This document shows positions 1 to 12,842 of a DNA stretch of 64,000 nucleotides, one piece after another (position 1 is the stretch's first letter; every line of letters starts with the position of its first letter). The stretch is taken from assembly GCF_009914755.1 (NCBI RefSeq), contig NC_060926.1; one strand, written 5' to 3'. Below the pieces are notes generated by a model. That model ran no database searches and was not told where the DNA came from. It worked only from the letters and a program-made list of their open reading frames with translations. A program made the translations under genes and the position numbers. This stretch comes from the human T2T-CHM13v2.0 reference genome, Homo sapiens.

Positions 1-2547
1 TTATAAGAAAGTTGGACATTTGTAATGTCTCAATTCAAATCATCTTATGTATGTTTTGTTTAAATATAGTTTCTGTTATTAAAAACAATATTGGTGGGTA
101 AATGAAAGTTTGCAATTTAGCTTTGGGTTACTTTTAACTTTCAGAACGAGATTATGAACTCTGTGTGCATGCGTGCACATGGGTGTGAATTTCATAAAAA
201 TTATATTTTCCAATTGTTGATGAAGTTCTCTTTCCCATTTCTGATTTTAGTTGAATGCCTGTTAATCTAATAGTAAAAGACTTTTGTTTCACAACCTCTG
301 GGAATACCATGTAGTTGCAGAATATGAGATTTTAGAGACAGAAACTAACCTGGTGGAAATTCAAATTCATCTTTTATCTTTTAGATAAAAGCCTTTGAAA
401 TCCTTTTAGTGTGAAGTTATCAGCAGGCTTGATTCTCATATTACCTCATTACTAACCCAAGGAGTTTTCAAAATGCATAGAGAACAATGCTCTGTGGCTG
501 AAACTAGGTTTTTATCACTACTCCAGTCCAGTGATAAGCCAAATGTGGCCCACCTAGTTCTACTTGGGAAATTCTGCCTGCTCACCCCGATAAACCTTTG
601 GAGATCATGAGATCACAACACATATAGAAGGTTCTCATAAGTTGTGCACTGAAGAAACCTGTTCGAGTTTATTTGAGCATTTTCAAAACTTCTTAAACCA
701 CAGAACCTTTTTCCACATTAACATTTCATAACTCACCTAGGGTTTTTGTAAGATAAGAAGTGGAATAAATGCTTTTGAAGGATTGATGCTTCAGCACTGA
801 GGTCTGTACTGCTGGAAGTGATGGCAGTGTTCTCCATATATTTTTGTTTCATGGATTGGACTGGGTGAAGTACAAGAAAAAATTCTTACTGCACTGATCT
901 CCCTTCTACCCCCAGAATGGCAAAAAATCAGCTTATTAGGTACTAAGGTTTTGCATGTGTTCCTGAAAAATTATTTTTATCAGTTGTTGCGTCTACTGTC
1001 ATTCAATGGAATACGCTCTCCATTATGTATAAGATATTTTGTTAAAGATAGAAAAGTATGAACAAAGAAGTAGTCATATCAAGTTCACCAATTGTTATTT
1101 TAAGGCTTACTTAAAACAGGATAATTCACTACTTGGGGGAAAAGGCTGATTTCCAAAACTGCAGCTATGTAGTGATTTACTCATTCCATAAGCCTATGAT
1201 CTTATCTGCTCGGATTTACATTTGGAGCAGTAAAACCTCTGGCAGCTGCTCTTAGCTGTCTGCATGAAGAGGAGACAGGAGATAAGAACATTCCTGATTT
1301 TATTGCTTTCTAGAACATTTGAAGTTGGGGTGGGGGTGGGAAAGATGAACCTATTGTGACCATAAACGTCCATCGAGTCTGATACCAAAGAAGTAAACCA
1401 GTCCTCTTAGAAGATGTGGTAAATCTCCCAGGCCACTGGCCTCCATTTGTCAAAACCTGTTAAGGCTTAAAAAAGAGGAGAGCTGCTGCCTCTTCTTCAA
1501 CAGAAAAGCAATCACTCCAATGTTAAGATAGTTTAGGGCTTTGGGATAATTATTGCCAGGTAGAAAACTTTCAACTATTCTTATTGTGAGCTCCCCAGAT
1601 GACCTTACCCTACTCCCAAAGAGCTCCATAGGACCCTGGGCAACCTTGGAGCAAGCTTCAGCCCAATCCAACTAACAATTCCAGCCGGGATGCAGTGTGG
1701 GACAGCATTTAGGGGAGGGTGTTGCCACAGACTCTGCCCAGGCACACCTGCCAATAGCATCACCACTGGGAAAGTGGCAGCTCTTAGTACGACTTAATTG
1801 GAGACCATTTGGGATTCCTGTCAGGTGAGGGTCTCTAGGAAGACTGTTAAAACCCCTGAGTTTTGATGACTTCCAGGATGTGTTGAAGGGTCTGTATTAG
1901 CTCATTCTCAAGACCTAAAATTTTCTTACGCTTTCTTCTTTGGACATTAGTTCTTCAGTTAAAAGCTGCCAAAATCATGACAGAATCTGGTGGGGGAGAG
2001 GGGAGGAATTTGTATTGCCTAATAAATAATCTCATAGAAGGTCATAATTCCATATTAGCCACTAAATATCTGAAATGTATAAAGCATGCAAAGTTGGATC
2101 CAAGATGTGGATGAAAAACAGCTCGGTGACATTTCTTAAGAATTATTCATTTTCTTTTTTAATGTGAAAGTAGAGCAAGAACATTCTCCTAAATCCCAGA
2201 CTTAGAGAGCTGAACATTGCCTGGAGGCCATAAAGAATTACATTGACAAAGCCATTTTTCTTTAGTTTTTAAATTACACATTAAAAGTTCCCCCAAAGAA
2301 TTTTGGAAGAGATCTCAAGCTTTCAGATTCATTAGACATAGAGGGACCTCTGGAAACTCCCATCATGGTCTTCATCTGTTGTCCTAGGAAGACACTGAAA
2401 TCATGCTAGGGAGAAACGAAGCTCCTCAATTTTGGAAAAATGTTCATTATTGTTTCAGTCTTCGTCTGTAATGCACCCTGGACCCAGCTATGCTCATTGG
2501 CACAAAGTTTTAAATTGTTCTGCTCTTGTGAATAGCTGCTTCCCCCC

Positions 2548-2548
<1 letters not shown>

Positions 2549-2610
<62 letters not shown>
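2549..2610 (+). repeat. (AC)31 microsatellite, intronic in LYPD6
   Basis: Uninterrupted AC run read directly from the sequence. Confidence 0.97.
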
Positions 2611-2611
<1 letters not shown>

Positions 2612-3066
2612 AGCCACTGCTGTAGTGTTTTATCTCCTTGAGGACTACTGTTACCTGCCTAACTCATTTTAACCCTGAGTTCTTTGAACCTCTTTGTCCT
2701 TTCATCTTCCTTAAAATTGCTATGACTTATACCTCTTAAATCATCCCCGCAAAACCACTCATCCCCTAAAAATAAAAATCAGTCCAGTGGCAAAATTTGT
2801 TGAAAGGCAAGGAGAAACCATTGTGTCTTGGTTTATGGGAATAATGCTGGGCAGAGAAATCAATATTCTTTGAAGGTTGTCCTCCTACCATGGCAAAGTG
2901 GAGCTCTCCAAAGAGGTCTTTGGGGTTGGACATAAACTCAAAGCAGTGCACATCTTATGTGCTATTAGCTCTTTTCTGGAATGATAATGCTGACACTCCT
3001 GTTATTTTCCTTTTAGGCAGGTTTGGTCAACATTTCCCATCTCAAATATATTTTCTCTGTTGACAG

Positions 3067-3197
3067 AGACCAGATACTGCTACACTCAGCACACAATGGA
3101 AGTCACAGGAAACAGTATCTCAGTCACCAAACGCTGTGTCCCACTGGAAGAGTGCTTATCCACTGGCTGCAGAGACTCCGAGCATGAAGGCCACAAG
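3067..3197 (+). CDS. LYPD6: LYPD6 penultimate coding exon (middle of the LU/three-finger domain)
   Basis: Acceptor ttttctctgttgacag (AG at 3065-3066) and donor AAG|gtctgg. The 131 nt start in phase 1 and translate to (E)[43 protein letters not shown], matching human LYPD6 as I recall it, including the NxI (NSI) LRP6-binding motif. The exon is absent from the ORF track. Confidence 0.95.
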
Positions 3198-4129
3198 GTC
3201 TGGGCAACAGAGCAAGTGACCAGTACTACATAGCCAGCTGCCTTCTCTTCAGACATCTGCCAGTACTCATGAGCAGATTCTTACTCCCCCGTGAAGGCTG
3301 TCTTTTGATTGTCTTTATGCTCTATGAAAAGACGCTTCCTTTCCTGTTTACTCTAAAAGAATACACATTTATACCAGAGCATAGGACAACTGATATAAAT
3401 TGTGTAAACACACATGAAGAGGGTGTTCAGTGTTATTGTAATAACTTTCTTCACTCAGAGGAAAGTAATAAAGCTACCAGAAAAAAGAGGAGCAAGAGAC
3501 CAGTTATGTCCATCACAGTGAAGCTTTGCAGATGTACCCAGTTCATTCATCACAGGAGGACCGACGCAATTCAGCTTTGATAACTTTCTGTAAAGTAGGG
3601 CTCATGTTGTGACTGGGATGTTAGTTTGGGGAGGGTCTCCATTGGCTCTTGAGTCATTTGATAGGTGATGGAGACCCATCTTGTGTGTTCGCTTAAGCTT
3701 CACCTGGTACCTGTAGAAGCCTGTATACGGAAACACATGGTGCCTATGTACAGAAGCACTCAGTGTAAAATGAGCTTGGGAGGCAGCCTTGAAGGGGCAT
3801 ATGGACAATCACAGAAAGGCAGCCTTGCCCTCTATACGTGTGTCTATACATGTCTATATGCTGTCTATACGTGTGACCTTAACATAGCATACTTTGGCCT
3901 TTATTTAGCAGCTGAACACTTCTGCAGGTGGCCTTCCTGGTGGTTTGGGCAATGTCCATTCTCAATACCTGGGAACAGCACTGTTTCTTAAGAAGGCAGA
4001 CACCTAATTTTCAAGCAACCTCTTGAATACACTAATAATTAAAATTTTAAATATAATCTGCCTATTCTGCTCCTGGTTCAAAATGAGTAAAACCAAAGGC
4101 TTTCCCTGACCTCTCCAGCAAATTGGACT

Positions 4130-4280
4130 TGATTCTGAGGAGTTACTGTGGCCTCTTTACCAAGGAGAAAGTTAAGGATTAGAGAAATTGGGTCATATGC
4201 TCGGTCACACAGCTGGTAAGTGACAGGCACAGAATTCCAACTCACCTCTGGTTTGGAGTCTACCTCCGCAACATTATACT
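4130..4280 (-). mobile_element. MIR fragment
   Basis: ggtcacacagctggtaagtgacaggcacagaattccaact resembles the MIR core; boundaries approximate. Confidence 0.6.
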
Positions 4281-4364
4281 GACTTCCTGGCACGTGTCAC
4301 TGTGACTAAAGACTCAAATCCCTGCAGGAAAATGACTGTATAGAATGTTATTAATAACCATCCT

Positions 4365-4497
4365 ATGACTAGGAATCACCTGGGAATCTTGTTAAAATGT
4401 AGTCCTAATTCTTTGTCTGGGGCAAGGTTTGAGATTCTGCACTTGTAACAAACTCCCAGCTGATGTTGGAGCTGCTGGTCTGTACTTTGTGTAGCCA
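4365..4497. mobile_element. MER5A-like hAT-Charlie fragment
   Basis: gaatcacctgggaatcttgttaaaatg...gagattctgcacttgtaacaaactcccagctgatg...gctgctggtc pattern. Confidence 0.65.
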
Positions 4498-5104
4498 TGC
4501 CCCAAGAAAGTTTTTGTCACTAACTCTGTGGGTTTATTTCTTTCTAATGATCCACGAGTAAGGTGGTGTAAAGCAGGAGTAACTGCATGAATGAAAACCC
4601 TTCAAACATTAACTCACCCAATGAGAATGGAGACACTTATGCAAACAGTTCTGTGAAAGTCAGTACTCAAGTTTAAACCACCCGGGTTGTTGCCACTTGA
4701 CTCTCACTTGAAAACTTGGCAAACGAAGGCTTACCCTCTCTTCCTCAAGTAGTCAGAAAGAGCCTCATGGAAAAACACGGACGAGTTTCTTTATTCCCAT
4801 TTTAAGGGCGAAAGAACTGAGGCCCAGGAAGGCTATACACCTTTGTAAGAATCGTATGGGTGGAGGGTGTCAAAAACAAAACCTAGCTCTCTTGAAGTTT
4901 GGCCTGGGGAGTTTTCATGTTGACCAGATTGCTTCTAGAAGAAATATTATCCCCAGCCTTCCTGAACGTAGAGTTGGCATCTCCTTTATAGATTAGGTAA
5001 TTTTTACTTGCATCTTGCCATGTGGGCGACAGTGCCTTCAAAAACCCTGCCTCCTTCCAAGACATGCTGGCTTCTCATTATCTTTTTTTCTTCCTTTCTT
5101 TCAG

Positions 5105-5272
5105 GTCTGCACTTCTTGTTGTGAAGGAAATATCTGTAACTTGCCACTGCCCCGAAATGAAACTGATGCCACATTTGCCACGACGTCACCTATAAATCAG
5201 ACAAATGGGCACCCACGCTGTATGTCAGTGATAGTGTCCTGCTTGTGGTTGTGGTTAGGGCTCATGTTATAG
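5105..5272 (+). CDS. LYPD6: LYPD6 last coding exon (LU domain C-terminus, linker and GPI-anchor signal)
   Basis: Long pyrimidine tract plus cag acceptor at 5102-5104, in phase 0 with the previous exon. Translates to [55 protein letters not shown] then TAG. Contains the Ly6 CCxxxxCN motif, sequons NET and NQT, and a hydrophobic C-terminal tail. Confidence 0.96.
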   Translation, partial: VCTSCCEGNICNLPLPRNETDATFATTSPINQTNGHPRCMSVIVSCLWLWLGLML

Positions 5273-7069
5273 TGGCTCAGTGGCTCCATGTGTTAATAGC
5301 GATCCATGGGGATCTCGATGGTCCACAGACCTGCATGAGTCATTGGCCTGACAGTAATTACACATGTGAGACACAACACTCTTGGAGGTCATCACAGCCA
5401 AGCATTGCCACTTACCATGAGGAATAAATGTTGCTTCATTGTAGCCATTTTGAGTCTAACCGAGACTCATCAAAGCCTTCTGTCAGTACAGCCCAAGTTC
5501 CATACCATAAACGTTTGTTTTCATTCCAAGAAGTAGTTCTGCATTTATCGAGATCTGGGGTTCTTAATTTGGAAGAATACATGCATGAGATGCAGTAGGT
5601 CCTGAGACTGTAAGATATTAGGAGTATGTTATAGGGGCATGTATAGATGTGGGCTTTTCAGGAGAAAAGTAACCATTGGTTTAAATATAATCATGAGTTC
5701 ATTTGTAGCTTTAGAATTTTAAAACATTGACTCCAAACTGAATGGACTATTTCCTTGGAAATTCTGACTGAGTCCCTGGAAGAGTAGTAATTCCAACAAT
5801 TCCAGCCATTTGTTCAATTAATTTTCCCAACATTCTTCTCCCAGTGCTGGGAATCACATTTCCTCTGTTCTGTGCAGAAGACAAAAAGGCAATCATAAAA
5901 GTTTGTTATATTTGTGGGGGTGCCTGGAGGAGGATTTTCCTCAACTTAATGGAGCCACTGTCCATAAAGTGGCTGTTATCCCTTCATATAATTGGTGAGA
6001 TCAGCCTTCTCCTTGACTTGGCACCTAATTATGCTTCATGAGATCCTAGATTCCACCTGAGTCAATTGTGTCCAGAGCCCCAAACCAGGATGGAGTTGTT
6101 TTCCCCAGATATGGGGTTCTATTCAGCCATAGATAATCTAGACAGAGGATTTCAGAATGAAAGGAAAAATGTGTGGAGATTAGTCCTAGTTCATTCTGAG
6201 GGCCGACTAAGTGGCTCAGCCAGCTTCTTACTCCATCTGCAGTTCATACTGCCAAAGAGCTCCCACTTCCAAATCCCCAGTGACTTTATGGAGAAGATTC
6301 TGCATTAAATTGTCTTTCGAATGATGGGGAAGCAAGGCATAATATGCGATGATGAGGAGAAAGTAGACCAGTGAGGTGATTGCAAGACTAACAAGGAGAC
6401 TCAATGGGAAGTTTTTCTTTCTTTTAGATATTGCTTTTGAAGTAGATGGTAAAATTTTTGTCATCCTTCTTGTATTTTTTGTACCCCAAGTTACAATTTT
6501 TCTTCTTCCTTGTAAATAATTTAAACAGTATTTATTTTTGTAAGGCATAACTAGAAACTAAAATATATTCTAAAAAATTCATTATTCTGAACAAAGTGAT
6601 CAAATTAGAATACATATTTTTCAACAGTGGTAGAGCTTTTAATATATGTTTATTGAAAGTTATCTATAATACTTGCACCAGTGTTGAAAAAAGTTAACAT
6701 GTAGGCAAGAGCAATATGTTTGTCTCAAGGATTTTTCCATGGTTTCCTCAGTGATGGTGTCCTGGAATTATTCAGGTGGTGACCATCACTGGTCTAAGTT
6801 TGTGTGCAGGGTTTTCAGACGTGTTTTTGTGAAACTTGGTAGAACCATGGCTAATAAAGAGGACAGTGTTGTCAGGGTCCATCTGCCCTCCATAGAAAAA
6901 TGTCTCTGGCTCATAAAATGAGACTCCCTCAGGGACTAAATATGAACTGACAGCAGTAACTCTGATACAGAATAATCTAAATTGCATCAAATGGCCTTAA
7001 TTCAGAGTTTGTTAGGCTTATCAGTATGTTGCTTTTAATTGGGGTGGGAAAGTAGAGGGAGAGAAAGCA

Positions 7070-7240
7070 AGACATTTATTAAGCACCTCGTATGTGCCAG
7101 GCACTATGCTAAGCACTTTACATAAGTTAGGATTAATCCCTGCAAGAATCCTATAAAGAATGTTACTAGCATTTACACTTCCCAAATGAAGGTACCAAAG
7201 CTCAAACGCAATGTTGTGAAGCTGTTTCCTTCAGATTTAG
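7070..7240 (-). mobile_element. MIR within the LYPD6 3'UTR
   Basis: acatttattaagcacctcgtatgtgccaggcactatgctaagcactttacat is a close match to the antisense MIR 3' end. Confidence 0.75.
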
Positions 7241-7997
7241 GTTATGTGGGATGATGTGGGATTGAAGAGGAAAGAAAGGTGGGATTATCCCCCTAGGAAG
7301 ACTTTCAGGCCTGACTTCATAGGAATTCATCCATCTTATCATGTGGAGTTTATCTCACCCTGCTGTTGCAGGATGCTATTTGCATGTGTCCCCAGGTGAT
7401 GTTTTTTCTTTGGGGAGTAGGGGTTTGGCTTCCTCATTCATCCCTCTTGCTAAAAGAGGAGATAGTTGATGTTGCATCTAAAGATGCTATAAGACAATGA
7501 AAGTTTGATGTTGTACATACCTACAAGTACCATTTTTGTGCATGATTACACTCCACTGACATCTTCCAAGTACTGCATGTGATTGAATAAGAAACAAGAA
7601 AGTGACCACACCAAAGCCTCCCTGGCTGGTGTACAGGGATCAGGTCCACAGTGGTGCAGATTCAACCACCACCCAGGGAGTGCTTGCAGACTCTGCATAG
7701 ATGTTGCTGCATGCGTCCCATGTGCCTGTCAGAATGGCAGTGTTTAATTCTCTTGAAAGAAAGTTATTTGCTCACTATCCCCAGCCTCAAGGAGCCAAGG
7801 AAGAGTCATTCACATGGAAGGTCCGGGACTGGTCAGCCACTCTGACTTTTCTACCACATTAAATTCTCCATTACATCTCACTATTGGTAATGGCTTAAGT
7901 GTAAAGAGCCATGATGTGTATATTAAGCTATGTGCCACATATTTATTTTTAGACTCTCCACAGCATTCATGTCAATATGGGATTAATGCCTAAACTT

Positions 7998-8055
7998 TGT
8001 AAATATTGTACAGTTTGTAAATCAATGAATAAAGGTTTTGAGTGTATCTTACCAG
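7998..8055 (+). terminator. Strong candidate polyadenylation site
   Basis: AATAAA at 8028-8033, preceded by three TGTA (CFIm) motifs at 7998, 8007 and 8016 and followed by G/T-rich ggttttgagtgt. Confidence 0.7.
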
Positions 8056-8534
8056 GCTCCTCCCTGCAAATGCACATGTCAATCAATGATTAATGCACCC
8101 AGGTTATGTACAAGGCACTGGGCTTAGCACCACAGGGAACTTCCTTCCAGAGGCTCGCTTTCTAGTTGTGTAGACAAGAATACATGCATGAGAAGATACA
8201 AGACAATTCACCCATGCCAAATGATTCATACAGGCTGTTTAAGTACTGCAGAAAATAAAAGAAGGAAAGGCTACCAGACTTTTCAATAAGGTCTACAGCT
8301 TCCCAAGAGCATGTCTTTGTTAAATCAGGAAATATAAAAATTATGTGTGTATGTGTATGTATATATATATACCACCCTATTAACTATTTTAAAATCGTAT
8401 TCTATTTTGGGGGTTGTGTTAATGATGATGAACCAGAAAAGATTTTCTCTTGATGGTTTCTTCAACAGGAAACAGATATTGGAATAGTGTACATGTCATT
8501 TTTATCTATACAATGAATTTATTATATTTTTCTT

Positions 8535-8590
8535 AGTAAAGTGATAGACATTGAAAGCAAGCTTGAAAAATGTCAGTTTGTTTGTGATTC
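8535..8590 (+). terminator. Candidate distal polyadenylation site (variant hexamer)
   Basis: AGTAAA at 8535-8540 with a U-rich upstream stretch and downstream tgtcagtttgtttgtg. Confidence 0.45.
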
Positions 8591-8611
8591 CTGATTATTC
8601 TTCTCCTCCTC

Positions 8612-8929
8612 TTTTTTTTTGTTTCGTTTTTTTGAGACAGCAGGGTCTTGCTCTGTTGCCCAGGCTGGAATGCAGTGTCACCATCATGGCTCACTGGAGC
8701 CTCAAACTCCTGGGCTCAAGTGATATCCTCCTGCCTCAGCCTCCCGAGTAGCTGGGACTACAGTATAGGCATGTGCCACCACACCTGGCTAGGTTTTAAT
8801 GAAATGTCTTGCAGAGACAGGATCCAACTATGTTGCCCAGCCTAGCCTCAAACTCTGAGGCTCAAGCAATCCTCCTACCTCAGCCTCCCAAAGTTCTGGG
8901 ATTATAGGTGTGAGCCACTGCACCCAATC
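8612..8929 (-). mobile_element. AluJ-type SINE
   Basis: T tail, then gagacag..ggtcttgctctgttgcccaggctgg; the motifs ctgggctcaagtgat and ctcaagcaatcctcct are AluJ-like. Confidence 0.9.
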
Positions 8930-9185
8930 TCTGGTTATTTAATTACCTATGTTTTGAAATTTCCAGGGAAATCTTTTCCACAAACTTATATGTTTTCTCT
9001 TGGTCTGAATCAGTGACACAGTTGGTCACTGATGCTCCTTAAAGTGTGGTACTTACATGAAGATAGCTCTTATTGCTGATCTCCGTGGATAGTTCTGTCT
9101 TTAATGTAAGTGGTATTGCAGGTGGACTGTGCTTTTAGAAAATTTGATTTTGAAGATATAGACTTACATGTTTACTTAATGTGGG

Positions 9186-9452
9186 TTTTTTGTTTGTTTG
9201 TTTGTTTGAGACAGAGTCTCACTCTTGTCGCCAGGCTGCAGTACAATGGCATGATCTCACACTTACTGCAACTTCTGCCTCCTGGATGCAAGCAATTCTC
9301 CTGCCTCAGCCTCCCAGGTAGCTGGGATTACAGGTGTCTGCCACCACGCCCAGCTAATTTTTGTGTTTTTAGTAGAGACGGGGTTTCACCATGTTGGCCA
9401 GGATGGTCTCAATCTCCTGACCTCACGATCCACCCGCTTTGGCCTCCCAAAG
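9186..9452 (-). mobile_element. AluS-type SINE, 5'-truncated
   Basis: (TTTG)n tail and antisense Alu body ending at ggcctcccaaag. Confidence 0.9.
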
Positions 9453-11704
9453 GGGTTTTAAAAGAAATTCTTCACTTTATAAATGTATTTCATATCCCTT
9501 TCCTAACACATTTTTAAGATTTTATTTACAAACAAAATTTAGGGCATGCGAGCTCTATAAAAGTTAGAAGTGGTGCCTTGGCGGTGTTACAGTATCTTTT
9601 ATCTGAAATACTTAGAGCACTTACAAATGTTTTAATAACTTTCCTTTAACTTACCTACTAGGAGTGAAGTACATGAAAACACTGAGAATCTGTTATGAAT
9701 CTCATTGTAACTGGGGGCACTTGAACTTAAAGATTCAGATATTTTTCTAAGATTGCACAGGAACTTGGGGCAGGACTAAGGCATGGACATGAAGCATCAT
9801 GACTTCACCTTGGGGCACTCTTCACTGGAGTCTACTGAAAATGGGCCTATGATTTTTTTAAAAAAATATAAACATTTCTGACATAATTTGGTGTTACAAA
9901 ACCAACGCAAATTTCCAAAGTGTCTTTCAAATGAAGCCTTCACTTTCAGCAGTTACTCTGTCTAGCTCTTGTAAAAAATTATGGCCTTTCTCATTAGCAA
10001 TTACTATTGTCTTGCTGTTTATTATCTTTGACAAATTTTAACTCCATTGCAATTGCTGGAATTGGATTGGGGGACCTCTACATAGCTGTATTTGAAACTG
10101 GGTAGAGACCTAAAATCTAGAGCCTAAGAAATTTATCTGGGGTCCTCTTTTCTATTACCCCAGTAGAATGATTTTTCTATATGACTTTATTTGCAAAGCA
10201 GTTTTATATACCTTGCTTCGGTTAATCAGCATGACCCCATTTATAGCTTTCATAGATAAAGCTTTGGAGTGGTTTTGGGAGGCCCCACTGGTAGTTTATA
10301 CTACAAGGATTTTGATCCCTGATCCAGGATTCTTTGTTCCACACACATGTCACAAGGGTGACATGCATAATGGCCTCATCCTTCTCTGGCATTTTACTAG
10401 AAAGCCATTTCTCAGGTCACAAAGTTAGAGTGAGTAGAACCTTAGAAAACATCTAGTCTACCTGCTTAGATTTATACAGGAGAGAAAAGAACCCTGGAGA
10501 ACTCAGATCATTTGTCTCTGAGCATGCCATATTGCTTTTGTTACAACTCATCAAAATGTCCCTTCTTTGGTGCTCAGAGTAATTAAGACATGGCTGATAG
10601 AAAACAATTTAGAGGCCTCCTCTCCCTTTACTGTGGGATTGGCAGTCTTACGAGGACCATCATGGTAGTGAAGGGTAGAGAATAAAAGGGCAAGCTTTTG
10701 CAGGACAGCAAGCTAGCCTAATGGAAACAGATTTTTCATTCTAATATGAGAAGAAAAATATTCTGGGAAAATAATCATTTTCAGAATCATGGCCTAAAAA
10801 GGTAGAATGATGTGTCTAAATTAGACCTTATCAGTTATTCAGAAGTAGTTTTCTCGGGGTTTATGGCATGTCCCATGTCAGAAACTGGCCTCCCAAAACC
10901 GTGTGTTGTCTCTATGCTCAGAGTTCAGGCCTCCATTGATGTCCTCCTGGGGAGGTGACAGGGCTTGTGTTGTCTAAGTGGGGAAAGTGTATCTGAAAAG
11001 CAACTCTGTTGGATTTAGGCAAAATGAACAAAATGCCACCAGGATGTAGCCATGATGCAAAGAGAAGGGCTAAAAATAAGCCATGCTCTCAATAAATCCA
11101 TTCATCTTTGAGAAGAATTCAGAATAGACTTAGTGTCTTGCTCCTCTTCCATCTACAGAGGAGCGTGACTGTTTGGGTCCTATGGAATTTGCACCCGGAG
11201 TCTGAGCACATGCCATCCGCCTCCCCACTGGTGTGCACCTGGCGATGGCTACTGGTCCAACTTCTCAGCTACCTCCTGGCTAAGCTTTCCCCTGACCCTA
11301 GCTTCTCCCAGCCATAAAGAAGGTCTGTGAACAACGAGCAACCCACATCACACAGTGGCGTGTGAAGACCAGTTGTTTGGGGAGAGGGATCATGCTTGAG
11401 AAGCTTGGCACTGAGGTGCGTTGGGTGGAAAGGGGCTGAGTAGATGTCAGTGGTGGGAGAGAACACTTCTGGACTCACTCATGACTCAGCCTGGCTCAGT
11501 CCTGGCACATGTCAGCACTGGGTTTATCCCTACCTTTAAAGGCTTTAAACATTCAAAGCGTTGGGCCCATCCTTGACTTTAATATGTTTAATTACTTAAT
11601 AACCTTGTGTATGTTTTGCCACTGCCCTAAATACCAAGTGTGCTGTGTAGAGACACATTCTCCTTGATGCAAGACAGCCTGAGACCACGTGAGATGTGCC
11701 ATCA

Positions 11705-12218
<514 letters not shown>

Positions 12219-12790
12219 TTAATCCAATACTTGGAAAATGAGAAGGTGTCAGGCTAGTGAAAAGAGTCCCCTGCTCAGATAGGCATCAAAAGGTCACGGA
12301 TGTGGACTTTTAGGAAAGCTGTGAGATCAGTCTTGAGAGAAATTGGTAATTAGCTGTAGGTAAATATAACTTGCCAATAGACCTGTCCATGATTAATTTT
12401 TATAGATTGGTCTTCACTAAGGCTGCTTCTGTGATTATTATTGTTCATCTTTGACGGTTGTAGCCCTTCCAGTCTGTTAGCTAGTATCTGCCTGTTAGAA
12501 TCACCTGGGGTAGGGGAGCTTCCAAAAATTACCTGATGTTTTAGAGCACTCCAGACCAACTTGATTAGCTGGGCTCATAACCACCTTAATTTTAAAGACA
12601 GTGGGACAGCAAGGGCTTCTCTTCATACTCATCTCAAGAATTCTGGAGTACTAAGGCAGCCTACTAGGAATATGATTTTCACTAGGGTCCTCAGAGCCCC
12701 TGTTCAGTGGTTCTGTCAACTAAACAAATAGGGCAGACAAATACTGCCCCAAATTCTCAGAAGACAGGGAATTCACCCTTTGGTATATAG

Positions 12791-12792
<2 letters not shown>

Positions 12793-12831
<39 letters not shown>

Positions 12832-12841
12832 CGCATGTGTG
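12793..12841 (+). repeat. (GT)16 plus gcgcgcacgcatgtgtg alternating purine-pyrimidine tract
   Basis: Read directly from the sequence. Confidence 0.95.
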
Positions 12842-12842
12842 G

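Larger units (their letters stand above)
5273..8560 (+). other. LYPD6: LYPD6 3'UTR (end uncertain, about 8050 or about 8560)
   Basis: Repeat-poor AT-rich sequence after the stop codon, with AATAAA at 5423, 6853, 8028 and 8254 and AGTAAA at 8535. Alu-rich intergenic sequence begins at 8612. Confidence 0.75.

Noticed and set aside
3269-3991. 103-aa and 108-aa intronic ORFs
   Set aside because: No recognisable domain or homology, and the lengths are expected by chance.
5015-5104. N-terminal part of the 85-aa ORF 5015-5272
   Set aside because: It is intronic polypyrimidine tract ([11 protein letters not shown]). Coding sequence starts at the 5105 acceptor.
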